Assembly: GCA_965217865.1 (NCBI GenBank)
Contig: CBDCJO010000002.1
Coordinates: 2,592,001-2,656,000 of the forward strand
Length of the DNA stretch: 64,000 nt
Source of the DNA: Candidatus Latescibacterota bacterium
GTDB lineage: Bacteria; Latescibacterota; UBA2968; SICM01
Reading direction: 5' to 3'
Shown here: piece by piece, positions 19,186-29,537 of the stretch
Layout: each line of letters starts with the position of its first letter
Position numbering within the stretch: position 1 is the stretch's first letter
Program-made: the position numbers and the translations under genes
The notes under the pieces: generated by a model
What the model saw: the letters and a program-made list of their open reading frames with translations, nothing else
The model's database searches: none
What the model was told of the DNA's origin: nothing

Positions 19186-21228
19186 TCATGTCTTGTTGAT
19201 GGCGACGCAGCCGCCCTGCGGCACATCGAGCTCCACAAGCAGGTCTCGGTTCGCGCGGGGAAACGAAGTCTCCGACAGCGGCGACAAGTCGTAGTTCCGC
19301 ACCGTGGCCGAGAATTCGCCCTCTATGTTCAGGAGGACGGTATGGATCCAGTCCTCATTGGTGCAATTGAAAAGATAGATCTCTTCGGCGGTTTCGTTCA
19401 AGGGCACCTTGAGCGCCGGATGAGCGGCATAGCTTACAAAGGCCTTCTTCCCGCTCTCGACGACGATAGTCGAGAAGTTCACGTCGTTCTGCACAGGCCG
19501 CATCCGCCCGGTTCGGAACGACTCCTTGTGTTCGTGGTAGAAAGAAAGCCACACCTTGATGAGGCGGCGGTGCGCTTCGGGCATGTTCACGATGTCGGCA
19601 CCGACCTGGGGAACACTGCAGACGGCGATGGTCGAGAGCATTTTCGCAACCGTTTCGTTGCTCTCTTCGATGTGCCACCACTGGGGGTCGGAGTGAACGG
19701 CGATCCCGGGCGGTATGTGTGATCGCATCAGGACGCACTGCCGGCGGTTCATGTCGTAGGCGCCTGCCTGGCCGGAGTCGGCTGAGCGGTGTTGGGTCGC
19801 GTGGTAGAGATTATAGAGGTTCGAGTACCGCGGCCTGAACTCGATCAGCGCGCCGGGGTTGGCACGGTACACGGATGACGTCACGCGGGCGAGGCCGTCC
19901 GCCATGGCGAGGCCGACGGAATCGTAGTTGTGCTCATGGTCCGAGACGCAGGGATGCGTTGTGGTGAATTCGAGCATGTCCATACAAAAACCGTCCAGCT
20001 CGTAATCGTTCATGAGTGTCTCGACGAGTTGCTCCACGTAACGTTGGGTGGCCGGATGGCGCGGGCACAGATACGAGGTGCAGATGTTGTACTCGGGATG
20101 GGAGGGGTCCAGGTCTACCTGAATCGTTGCGTCCTCGAGTTTCTTTCTGGCGCGCGTCCTGCTCCCCACAAGCCAAGGCGAAATCCACGGAAGCCATTTC
20201 ATGCCGATGCCGCGCATCCTTTGCACGAACGATTTCATATCGGAGAACTGCCTGGACGGGACGAAGTCACCAATGGTGTCGGGATAGCCCCAACCGGTGG
20301 AGTCGCCTTGCATATCGACGTCTTCCTCCACGAACCAGGAGCCGGAGTTGGTGATGGCCCCGAAGCCGAGGTCGCGCGCGACCACCGCCATGTCCCACAG
20401 TTCACGGGTGCCGAGCGCCTCCTGGGGAAGCGTGGCCCACTGGCCTTCCGGGGCGCCCCACGGGACCCACATGGGTTCCCAGGCTGCGTCGGGGCTCGGG
20501 CGGAAGGTCCTGCCGGTCGCGCGGTCGTAGGCGCTGCGGAGCTCCTCCATCGTGTCGAACCATGACAGGCCACTGGAGACGAAGATACCGTCACGGTGCT
20601 CGGTGAGATCGTGAAGTACGTGTCCCTCTGAGGGACGCTCGAGCCAGTAGCGTGTGGCGCCGCGTCCGGGGCCTCGAGCACTTTGGGTGTTGGCCAGGTA
20701 GTGCAGTTCCGTTTCGTAGCGCTGGTCCAGATAACCGACCGCGAGTTTCACCGTGCCCCTCCGGTTCAACGCCAGGATGATGGGGATGCCGGAGTTCGCC
20801 ATCGTCCGCTCCGAGTCCATCTCCGCTTCGCGCGTCAGCCACTGCAGCCCGATGCGGTCACCGCAGAAACTGTGCAACCCGACTGCCTCCACCCACTGCG
20901 AGAGATGATATGGGATCCACACGCGGTCCAAATCCACGGAAGAGCCCCGTGCCTCGAGTACGCAGCGGCGCAGCGTGAAGGCTTCACCCGAGTCCCGGGT
21001 TAAGGTGAACGTAACGAGCGTGTGTCCTTCGGCGTCGTGTTCCTCCAGCCGAAGAGAGTAGTCGTGCGCTTTGTACGTCGCGGGGAACCCCTCGCCTGGT
21101 CCGGGCACGCGCTCCCAGCCCGCAGCCAGCGGGTCCAGCTCAAAGCTGAGACTGAATTCCGCCTCGTTGATTTGCAGTTGTATGTCCGTCGCAGGATTCA
21201 CGGGCATCCGAGAATTGTTAGGGCCCAC
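19186..21228 (-). CDS. GH36-like (alpha-galactosidase clan D) glycoside hydrolase
   Basis: F.DMK.FV..MR..GMK...WISPW, LDGFCMD, IEFR, RSAD. Confidence 0.75.
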   Translation of the reverse strand: MGPNNSRMPVNPATDIQLQINEAEFSLSFELDPLAAGWERVPGPGEGFPATYKAHDYSLRLEEHDAEGHTLVTFTLTRDSGEAFTLRRCVLEARGSSVDLDRVWIPYHLSQWVEAVGLHSFCGDRIGLQWLTREAEMDSERTMANSGIPIILALNRRGTVKLAVGYLDQRYETELHYLANTQSARGPGRGATRYWLERPSEGHVLHDLTEHRDGIFVSSGLSWFDTMEELRSAYDRATGRTFRPSPDAAWEPMWVPWGAPEGQWATLPQEALGTRELWDMAVVARDLGFGAITNSGSWFVEEDVDMQGDSTGWGYPDTIGDFVPSRQFSDMKSFVQRMRGIGMKWLPWISPWLVGSRTRARKKLEDATIQVDLDPSHPEYNICTSYLCPRHPATQRYVEQLVETLMNDYELDGFCMDMLEFTTTHPCVSDHEHNYDSVGLAMADGLARVTSSVYRANPGALIEFRPRYSNLYNLYHATQHRSADSGQAGAYDMNRRQCVLMRSHIPPGIAVHSDPQWWHIEESNETVAKMLSTIAVCSVPQVGADIVNMPEAHRRLIKVWLSFYHEHKESFRTGRMRPVQNDVNFSTIVVESGKKAFVSYAAHPALKVPLNETAEEIYLFNCTNEDWIHTVLLNIEGEFSATVRNYDLSPLSETSFPRANRDLLVELDVPQGGCVAINKT

Positions 21229-21558
21229 CTATTCCAATATGGTTTTGATCCAAGTCATAAATTACAAAATCAGTAAGCTCATACTCATCTCGAAATGCGA
21301 TATTATCTTCGAAATCAAGCCCTTTCTCGGATAGCTCTTCATATATCCTTCTGACGTCATCCACCCAAATGTAGCAATTGCCGGTACCGGCCGGCCGCTT
21401 TGCTGACTCTCGCTGCAGCCCAATTTTAACTCTGTCTCTCTTGATTAAAGCAAACACAGGAGTGTTTTCGAAAATCACTGTGAAGCCCAGCTTTTTTTAT
21501 AGAACTCGATGGCCTTTTTTACATCAACAACTGGAATTGTGGGTGCAATCTCCTTCAT
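21218..21558 (-). pseudogene. VOC-family protein with a frameshift in the T7 tract at 21492-21498 (possibly a sequencing error)
   Basis: MKEIAPTIPVVDVKKAIEFYKK joins LGFTVIFEN...DFVIYDLDQNHIGIG if one A is added. Confidence 0.8.
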
Positions 21559-21570
21559 CTCATCTCCAAT

Positions 21571-21736
21571 ATCCTAACTAATAATTAGACAGCCAAAAGA
21601 ATACCGCAAAAGCTGCAATCTTGACAAGCTTATCTGTTAAGGTAGTTTACTGTCAACTTACTATTATCAGTTGGTCAATCAAGAATCACATTCGGAATTA
21701 GACGGCGCAGACGCGCCATCTAATCTATGCTGGGAT
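21571..21736 (-). other. attC-like inverted-repeat element between the GNAT and VOC genes
   Basis: Minus strand begins ATCCCAGCATAGATTAGATGGC just after the GNAT stop and ends GCTGTCTAATTATTAGTTAGGAT just before the VOC RBS. Confidence 0.4.
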
Positions 21737-21739
21737 AGG

Positions 21740-23886
21740 CTACGGAGTCAACGGAGCCGCCAAACGCTTGTCCATGATCGCTACCACCTCGGTAGCGTTG
21801 AAATCGGCCTTCAGCTTATCTCTTAGTGAGTTGTCCAGGCTGGTTACGTTGACGTACAGCCGCTGGAGGTTGCCGTCGATCCGCTCGGAAGCGACTCCGT
21901 GTATTTTTCGGAGTTGATGTGGGAAGGTACGTTCAGCAGGAATGCAGATCATGAACGCAACCGGCTGATAACCGTTTTTCATGTAGAAGTGATCAACATA
22001 TCCGCCTGCCGAACCTAGAGTGACGGTGTGGCCCCCTCTTCGACGGACTTGGCTTTCAAAGAAGTGGAGCAAGTGGCTGCCAAACCCCTTTCCAGCAAAT
22101 TCCTCTGCAACGGCTATCCCCTGAAGGCAAATCGTGCCGTGCTCGCACCGTTCCTTGTGTGCCGGCCATCCATAACAGATTGCAATGACCTTTCCTTGCC
22201 TGCGACACGCAACGAACAGATCGGGATACTCCCTACGCATGGCATCCCAGGTGCCATTTGGGGATTCGTCAAGGTATCGGGCCTTGAGCGTGCGGGCTTC
22301 TTCGATCTCTGAATTACTGAGACAGTCGAGGTCTAGCAGCCTGTTGAAAAAGTGCGTTTATGCCAAGATGACTGTTGTCTTTCCTTGTGGTTTGGTCCTA
22401 TGATATATCAGGTTCAAACTGAGAAGGGAGGACGAGCAAATGGCAATGGGAAAACGAGGCCGACAGAGACAGGAAAACCTGTTCATCGCATCGAACACTT
22501 TGGTGAAATCTCCGGGTCATCCGTTCTACGAGAAGCTGAATCAGGTATTGGGGGCGAACGGCTTCGACGAGTTCGTCGAGGGGCTTTGCCAGCGGTATTA
22601 CGCTCCTCATATGGGTCGCAAGGGCATTCCGCCGGGGTTTATTTTCGGATGCTTTTGATTGGGTATTTCGAGGGACTTGATTCGGAACGTGGGATCGAAT
22701 GGCGTGTATCTGACTCGCTGACGTTGCGCCGGTTTTTGGGGTATGCCCTTGACGAACAGACCCCGGATCATTCCAGCCTGTCTCGCATCCGGCATCGGCT
22801 TCCCTTGGAAGTTCACGAAGCGGTTTTCAAGTGGATCCTGAGGGTCTTGTGCAAAGCGGGTCTGGTGAAGGGGAAGACGTTGGGCGTGGATGCTACGACA
22901 CTGGAGGCCAACGCCGCGATGCGCAGCATTGTACGCCGTGACACGGGTGAAGGCTACCAGGCATTCCTTGAGAATCTGGCCAAGGCCTCGGGCATTGAAA
23001 CGCCTACCCGCGAGGACTTGTCCAAGATCGATAAGAAGCGACCGAAGAAGGGATCGAACCAGGACTGGGAGCACCCGCACGACCCGGATGCCAAGATCAC
23101 TAAGATGAAGGACGGTCGCACGCACATGGCGCACAAGGTGGAGCACGCGGTGGATCTGGACACCAATGCCATTGTGGCAGTGGCGTTGTCGGGAGCAGAT
23201 GAAGGAGATACCGAGTCGTTGTCCTGGACGCTGCTCGAGGCGCAGCTCAATCTCAAGCAGGTCGCGAAGGACGAAAAAGCTGCTAAGCGTTTGCACAGAC
23301 AGCGTATACGGGAGGTGGTTGCGGACAAAGGATATCATAGCAACGATGTATTGACCAGTCTGAAGCAAGGCGGCATCCGGAGTTACATTTCAGAACCGGA
23401 TCGGGGACGCCGCAAGTGGAACGGCCGACGAGATGAGCAGGCCGCGGTATATGCGAATCGACGCCGGATCAAGGGAGATCGCGGCAAGGCCTTGCGCCGA
23501 AGTCGTGCAGAACGGGTGGAAAGAACCATCGCTCACACATATGATACCGGTGGCATGCGCAGGTTGCACTTGAGAGACCGCGGCAATATCCTCAAGCGTT
23601 TGCTGATCCACATCGGGGGCTGCAACCTGGCTCTGCTCATGCGCAAAGTGATGGGCGTAGGTACTCCGAAGGCCCTCCAGGACCTGGCCAAGGCCTTGCA
23701 GCGTCTACTGCTCGTCCTACAATCACGTTTGCTGCCCTCGGTCACCTTTTTAACCTCTTATCAGCGTCTCCTGCTCAATCTCCTTACCTTGATTTATCTG
23801 ACCCGCACTCCAGGCGTCTTTTCCGTTTATGTGCGTTGAAAGGTAGTTCTTCAACGGGCTGATAGGGATTCGCCTTCGGTGCTCAT
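21740..23886 (-). pseudogene. GNAT-family acetyltransferase interrupted near its 5' end by IS1182 copy 3
   Basis: GIAVAEEFAGKGFGS motif A. Excising the IS restores MSTEGESLDLDCLSNSE in frame (ATG at 23886 with a GGAG RBS). Confidence 0.85.
22337..23861 (+). mobile_element. IS1182 copy 3 (1525 bp), transposase frameshifted by a 1-bp deletion near 22632
   Basis: Both IRs present; flanks CTAG and ATAG; CCGCCCGGGG of copy 1 is CCGCCGGGG here. Confidence 0.92.
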
Positions 23887-24007
23887 CTCGTATACTCCGT
23901 CTTCTGCATTGAATAGCTCGTGGCCCAGGGAGGGATCTGCTCTCCGAACTGCAGTGGCAGATAACGTTCAAGGCCGAGCGTGCGGGAGGATGTGGCCACC
24001 GCTAAGG

Positions 24008-24559
24008 TCATTTATTGATCTGCCGAAGCTTCTCCCGAACTGCTGCGGTAATTGCCTGGCAGCCAGCAGGACTTATCAGTCTCTTTGCCGAGTCAACACG
24101 TGATTGAAAATCGTCAAGTTCCTCACGTGTAAAGTCAAGCCGCGGAAGAAATTCCACATAGTTCGCGATTTCCATTTCGATAAGGTCACGAATGATCTCG
24201 GGTGTAACCTCAACCTGTTCGTCGTGGATCTGATCGTGCAGGGTTGGGCTGGGCTCACCCAGCTTCTCAAAGAACGTTCTGCGTTTAGTGACGCAGAATA
24301 AGAATGCCAACTGTTCAGCCTCTTTTCCTATAACACGGCGGATAACTTCGCGATCTTCAAAGGAAGCGGACTGAGTTTTGTATGACTGTGTGCCGTAAAT
24401 GCTATGAAACAAACCGGCCAGACAGACGTGCTCCGGGTTTCCCCAGGACTTGAGGAACTCATAGCTCCCACGCAGATGGTCAATCAGAGCCCCTCCACTG
24501 TGGGGATTCGAGTCGGTGTTTAACTCCTCCAGCAGATCCTGGTACTTTCGATCAATCAC
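24008..24559 (-). CDS. DUF6817-like (HD-fold related) protein
   Basis: HSGGALIDHL..WG..VCLAGLFHSIYGT...IG.EAE.LAFLFC; start position approximate. Confidence 0.75.
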   Translation of the reverse strand: MIDRKYQDLLEELNTDSNPHSGGALIDHLRGSYEFLKSWGNPEHVCLAGLFHSIYGTQSYKTQSASFEDREVIRRVIGKEAEQLAFLFCVTKRRTFFEKLGEPSPTLHDQIHDEQVEVTPEIIRDLIEMEIANYVEFLPRLDFTREELDDFQSRVDSAKRLISPAGCQAITAAVREKLRQINK

Positions 24560-24637
24560 GGGGCTCCTCAGGGTACTGAGGGAGATAGGAATGGCCGCCC
24601 CTCTTCGTGTTTGCAAGTATCATTGAGAGAAAAAATC

Positions 24638-24663
24638 TGAACCTTTTGAACATTGAAGTGTAT
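24638..24663 (+). promoter_or_regulatory. Putative ECF promoter for the 24737-27086 operon
   Basis: TGAACC-N16-GTAT, SigW-like geometry. Confidence 0.4.
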
Positions 24664-24736
24664 GACTGTAATGACAAAAGGATTGTGACTGGCTCAAATA
24701 CATTCAAAGGTAACACAATAAATAAGGAGCCTCGAG

Positions 24737-25885
24737 ATGAAAACGTCCAGCCTGTCTCTTGCTATCCTGATTTTCGCTTTGTATATGCCGCTAACCGCTG
24801 AGGCAGAACCAGGAAAGCCTGAAAGAGTCTTTAGACTGACTAGAGTAAGTCAGCCTAAGGAATGGTACATCGAGCAGGCGGAACTGTGGAACAAAGAGAT
24901 AGATAAAAATCCCAAGAATGCTGAAGCCTGGTATAATTACTACTTTGCAACCCGTTATTCAGTCGACTTCAACAGAACTAAATTGAATCAGATTATTTTG
25001 GATATGGAAAAGTCAATTCCTGACACCTACGAGTATCTGTATACGAAATACATAAACGATGAGCCGGAACCTAAGGACATTACTCTACTTCAAAGAGCTC
25101 ACAGACTTCGTCCCAACCGGTCCGAACATTACGTGAACTTTGCCCATTTCTATGAACTGAATGGAGAACATGAAAAAGCGCGCTCATACCTGGAAAAGCT
25201 CTACCAGAGTGGGTACATAGCCTCCAGTTGGGTCAATTTCAATTACAACGCTTTAATGTCTACTGAAGACAATGCTATTCTATTTACTAACGGCGATTAC
25301 GACACTTATCCCGCCTGGATGCTCCAGCAAGCGAAGGGGATCCGATCTGATGTGACAGTCTTAAATATATATTTATCCAGACTGGAAGCTTATCTGATGC
25401 GGGTGCTAGAAGAGAAGAATATCAAAATCAATCCTGAAGATCTGCCTAAGAGTGATGAAGAAGACTGGTTACCTGAACTCTGTAAGGCACTTTATCAAAA
25501 TAATCCAGGCATTCCGATTTATTTTGCCGTTACCGTGCCACGAAAACATATAAGTGCATTAGAAGACAATCTCTATCTTGTGGGCCTGGCTTATCAATAT
25601 AGCACTGAAAGGATAGATAACCTTGCTTTATTGGCAAAAAACGTGAAAAAACACTTTAGATTGGACTATCTACGATACGATTGGTACGGTGACACGGATG
25701 TCTCCAAAAAGTCGATTCACGAAGGGATAAATCTGAGTTACATAATCCCGTTTATGACTCTTTGTGGCCATTATAAAATCGGTGGAGAAAATGAAAAAGC
25801 GGATTTTTGGAAGAACTTCTCATTAGATCTTGCCCGAAAGGGAAACAGTAAAAGAATGATAAATTACATCAAGAATAGAGGGTAG
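24737..25885 (+). CDS. Secreted TPR-like protein with a DUF2723-type C-terminal motif
   Basis: Signal peptide; NAEAWYNYY helical repeats; NAILFTNGDYDTYP...GIRSDVTVLN. Confidence 0.75.
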   Translation: MKTSSLSLAILIFALYMPLTAEAEPGKPERVFRLTRVSQPKEWYIEQAELWNKEIDKNPKNAEAWYNYYFATRYSVDFNRTKLNQIILDMEKSIPDTYEYLYTKYINDEPEPKDITLLQRAHRLRPNRSEHYVNFAHFYELNGEHEKARSYLEKLYQSGYIASSWVNFNYNALMSTEDNAILFTNGDYDTYPAWMLQQAKGIRSDVTVLNIYLSRLEAYLMRVLEEKNIKINPEDLPKSDEEDWLPELCKALYQNNPGIPIYFAVTVPRKHISALEDNLYLVGLAYQYSTERIDNLALLAKNVKKHFRLDYLRYDWYGDTDVSKKSIHEGINLSYIIPFMTLCGHYKIGGENEKADFWKNFSLDLARKGNSKRMINYIKNRG

Positions 25886-25909
25886 CCCAGTCCAGCAAAG
25901 GTTCTTCCC

Positions 25910-26506
25910 GTGACCTTCCCTCCGAAAAACTATCAACAGTTCTCTGATGAAAAGCTAATGGAGTTGCTCAACCAGAGAGAAACGGCTGCTTTTGATGAAC
26001 TTTACAAACGCTACAGCACACGTCTGTTGCATTATTTTCACCGAATGTTGGGAGGCGACGAAGAAAAGGCCCAGGACTTCCTGCAGGATCTCTTTCTGAA
26101 GATCGTAGAAGGGTCAACCAGCTTTCACACGCGCAAGCGTTTTTGTAGTTGGGTTTTCACTGTCGCCCACAATATGTGCAAAAACGAATATCGACACTTA
26201 GCGGTGAGAAAATCAGCAGGTAATGAAGTGGAAAGGCATATGAACTCAAAGGGGATTGAGGCGGACTATCATTCCCTTGAAAGAGAATTTGATAACAGGG
26301 AGTTCAAGAAAGCCTTGCTGACTGAAGTCCAGAAACTTGAGAAAACTGAGCGAAGCACATTCCTGCTGCGCTATCAGGAAAGTCTATCCATCAAAGAGAT
26401 CAGTGAGATATTGGAATGTTCAGAAGGCACAGTGAAGTCTCGCCTTTTTTATACTATCAAAAAATTAGCTGGGAAGCTGAAAGCATTGGATCCACGACAA
26501 GCTTGA
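25910..26506 (+). CDS. ECF RNA polymerase sigma factor
   Basis: AFDELYKRY, KAQDFLQDLF, SEGTVKSRLFY. Confidence 0.92.
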   Translation: MTFPPKNYQQFSDEKLMELLNQRETAAFDELYKRYSTRLLHYFHRMLGGDEEKAQDFLQDLFLKIVEGSTSFHTRKRFCSWVFTVAHNMCKNEYRHLAVRKSAGNEVERHMNSKGIEADYHSLEREFDNREFKKALLTEVQKLEKTERSTFLLRYQESLSIKEISEILECSEGTVKSRLFYTIKKLAGKLKALDPRQA

Positions 26507-26519
26507 AAGGTTGTAAAAA

Positions 26520-27086
26520 ATGGAAAACTCAATGAGTGAAAATTGTGCAAAGATTGAGGACCTGTTGGTAAGAAAAAGCTTGGGCCAAATCAAGAACCGT
26601 GAAGACTCGTTGTTGACAGAACATCTACAAGTGTGCGAACGGTGCCGCGCTTATTGGGATATTTTGATGGGAATTCCAACTTCAATGGATGCTTCAACTG
26701 AAACCAGTTTAATTCCCGACCCTCGTACCTACCAGCACGTGAAGAATGAAATGGGACGCGCAAAGTCTGGTCAGGGTGAGATTCTTAGGGATGTATGGCA
26801 GCATATGTTTAGGGTCTTCAAACTTAGGATCCCGCTGTATCAGGCTATGTTGGGCATAGCCGTAATTCTCATTATGTCTCTTGCTCTAGAAAAAATGAGG
26901 TTTTCCAACCTGGAACTATCTGGACGTGCTCAGACAAGGGAATCGGCGATCATTGAACGTGAAGTCCTCAATCACCTCGAGATGATTGATAGGCAAAACA
27001 TCGGAGGGACTGTCTCAGAGGGTAATCTTTTAGTACACCATACGGTTGGGGTGCGGGATGCGTTTTTTACTCTGGGAGCTCCATAA
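26520..27086 (+). CDS. Zinc-binding (HxxxCxxC) membrane anti-sigma factor
   Basis: EHLQVCERC motif and one TM helix; directly after the ECF gene. Confidence 0.82.
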   Translation: MENSMSENCAKIEDLLVRKSLGQIKNREDSLLTEHLQVCERCRAYWDILMGIPTSMDASTETSLIPDPRTYQHVKNEMGRAKSGQGEILRDVWQHMFRVFKLRIPLYQAMLGIAVILIMSLALEKMRFSNLELSGRAQTRESAIIEREVLNHLEMIDRQNIGGTVSEGNLLVHHTVGVRDAFFTLGAP

Positions 27087-27109
27087 CCCCCAGACCACTC
27101 AGTTTCATA

Positions 27110-27715
27110 TTAGGCCTCCAATTCCGCGAGTTTTGTCAACGCCTGTTGCCATTGATCGTATTTCTCAGGTATGTCCTCCAAGGAGGTCCGTCCCAGAGTG
27201 AAGCCGTCTAACCAATCCAACATTTCATCGTGCCGGTTGACCGCAGCGGAGCAATCGGCAACCACAGATACGAGAAAGCCGTTTTGGGCCGCTGATGCGG
27301 TCGTCAAAGAGACACATATGGTCGTAACCAGCCCGGCTGTCAGGACAAATCGCTTCTTCTTTCTGTGGAGATACTCCGCGAGCTCTGGATTGTGAAAGCC
27401 GTCAAAGGTATGTTTTACAATTACGGTTTCGCCGGCCTGCTCGCGTGCAAAAGGCAAAGGTTTGACGCCCGGTGTTCCTTGAATACAAGGTATAGCTCCG
27501 CTCAATTTGAACTTCACCATCCAGTCGGACATATCGGGATTAAACATCGATCGGATATGGACTATTTCAATACCTTCGGATCTGCACAAATTTAAAAGGC
27601 CGGATATTTTGTCTGGAAAATTGGGAAAGCGTTCTCGCAAGCCGGATTTGAAGAAAGATTCCTGACAATCGATAAGAAGTAAAGCAAATGGATTCCAATC
27701 CCGTTTAGAACTCAT
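27110..27715 (-). CDS. Isochorismatase-like cysteine hydrolase
   Basis: ALLLIDCQ, VIVKH..DGF, GLVTTICV. Confidence 0.9.
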   Translation of the reverse strand: MSSKRDWNPFALLLIDCQESFFKSGLRERFPNFPDKISGLLNLCRSEGIEIVHIRSMFNPDMSDWMVKFKLSGAIPCIQGTPGVKPLPFAREQAGETVIVKHTFDGFHNPELAEYLHRKKKRFVLTAGLVTTICVSLTTASAAQNGFLVSVVADCSAAVNRHDEMLDWLDGFTLGRTSLEDIPEKYDQWQQALTKLAELEA

Positions 27716-27952
27716 TCAGTCCATCCTTTTGTATTGAACAGCAAAATTCGATTCTGGATATACAGAGTGGATTGCTAGTTCCGAAGGGCACACGCAACAG
27801 CACCCGGTAGTGGCTCCAACCCAATTGTGAACGCGCGTTCACAATTTCTTACCAGAAGTCAGGCCTGGATGATTTCTGTGCGTAATATACTGTAAATATG
27901 CAATTTAAATCGTATTATTTTCTGGGGTGTTCGGGGTTTTGATCGACGCCTA

Positions 27953-28330
27953 ACACTGCCACTGCTAAAGCTTTTCCCCTGCCCCTAACCAATTCTGCAC
28001 GCGCGTGCAGAATTAACCTGTAATCTCACTGTATATGAAACGACTTAAATAATTGCGCATAAATGCCGGAAGCTTCACGCTGCTACTGCCCTTGCATTTC
28101 CCGACTTCTGACCTCCGACGCCTGATTCCAGCCTTTGCTTTCCTGCCACTGCTACTGCATTTCCGTCTCACGTCTCACGATTTTTCTCTTTCCCTGACCC
28201 CTGACCCCTGACCTCTGGCCTCTGCCTTTGACTTTCCTGCTACTGCTACTGCCTTCCTCGACTTCTGGCCTCTCGCTATTTAGGCCTTCTTCTGTCTCCT
28301 GTCTTCTGTATCCTGTATTCCGGTTGGGAT
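27953..28330. repeat. Mosaic of short tandem repeats (CTACTG, CCTGACC, TCTGACC, TCTCACG)
   Basis: Directly visible; same motifs at about 53.2, 59.65 and 63.7 kb. Confidence 0.8.
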
Positions 28331-28475
28331 GAGGGGGGGAGGATATAGTGCGCAAATATTTATGACGTAAATTAACGCTGCTACCGTTTCTTTCAGCTCG
28401 CGAAGAGCAGTTTCTTCGCGTTTCTCCTAGAATCATGGTTCTTGCTCTGCCATTTCTTTCTGTAAGACATGAAAA

Positions 28476-29135
28476 TTAAATGGGCAGCAACGTCATCGAG
28501 CGATCGTGGATCCGAGAGAAAATAGGTAGCACTACCATAGCGCCGACGAGAGCCAGGAACATATCCCACTGGGCATCCCAGACGTCGCCCTGTGAGCCGA
28601 GAAACGCCTGGCCTACATCAGATGCCGCTAGCAGCGTTACCCACCACTCAAGCAGTTCCCAGAATGCCGCGATGGCCATGACGATGCTAATGATGATGAA
28701 GTATAACCAACCGCCCCGCTGCAATGGCGTCTGGCGCAAGAGCACCTCGCGAATGATAAATGCCGGAAATATGCCCAGGGCGACATGTCCAACGCGATCG
28801 TAGTGGTTTCGACTGAGATCGAAGGCATCTCTTACCCAATTGCCCAGGGGCGTTTCAGCATACGTGTAGTACCCGCCGTAGATCAGAATGAGCATATGAA
28901 GGAATGCACACCAGTAGGCCATGTGAGACATGGGGAATTGGCGGTAAAGCGCGACCAGTGCGGCGATACCAGCAAGTCCCGGTCCAACCTCCAAAAGCCA
29001 GTTGAGCCGCCCTGCCGGTGGGTCATATGCAGTACCCAGGCAGGCCAGGAACACTATGCCGAGAAGCACCATAGGTATCCGAAAATATCCTGCGGTTCCA
29101 CATGTCGCCTTGTGAATCTCACTATTTTCACTCAT
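28476..29135 (-). CDS. DUF2238 (YjdF-like) inner-membrane protein
   Basis: WLLE, YTYAETP, RNHYDRVGH, FLGSQGDVWDAQWDM. Confidence 0.9.
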   Translation of the reverse strand: MSENSEIHKATCGTAGYFRIPMVLLGIVFLACLGTAYDPPAGRLNWLLEVGPGLAGIAALVALYRQFPMSHMAYWCAFLHMLILIYGGYYTYAETPLGNWVRDAFDLSRNHYDRVGHVALGIFPAFIIREVLLRQTPLQRGGWLYFIIISIVMAIAAFWELLEWWVTLLAASDVGQAFLGSQGDVWDAQWDMFLALVGAMVVLPIFSRIHDRSMTLLPI

Positions 29136-29365
29136 ATCTCCATCCTGAGAGGACGATTTAGATGCCCATCGCGACTCTTCTGAAGATTCAAGATCATGGT
29201 AGGGTAGCCTCTTCCAGGGTACTACGGTCCCAAGGTTCTGGCCAAGTAATCCTGGATAAAAATCCTGATTATGTGCTGGCTATGCTAATGCCTGGATAGA
29301 CAGGAAGGATTCTACTCGGCTTGAAGAAATTGCTGAAAGTTTAAAGCCTCGAGAAGGCTTGGAAT

Positions 29366-29537
29366 CATAATGATATAATTAGCGCGGAAGCCCTATTTGT
29401 GTCGGAGGTCTGCGATGGAAGATATACTCCGAACCTGAGTTTCGACCCTTATCGTCGTCTCCGAAAGCCCCTCCGATGGCCACATCCCCGCTGACCGACA
29501 CGGCCTTCCGGAATTCCCTTCGCGTGGGTTTGCTCAT
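29366..29537 (-). pseudogene. Remnant: Tat-like start fused to a single FG-GAP repeat
   Basis: MSKPTRREFRKAVSVSGDVAIGGAFGDDDKGRNSGSEYIF; ATG overlaps the GH78 stop; end approximate. Confidence 0.5.

Noticed and set aside
28152-28436. ORFs over repeat mosaics (28152-28436, 53143-53358, 14130-14327)
   Set aside because: Low-complexity translations of tandem repeats.
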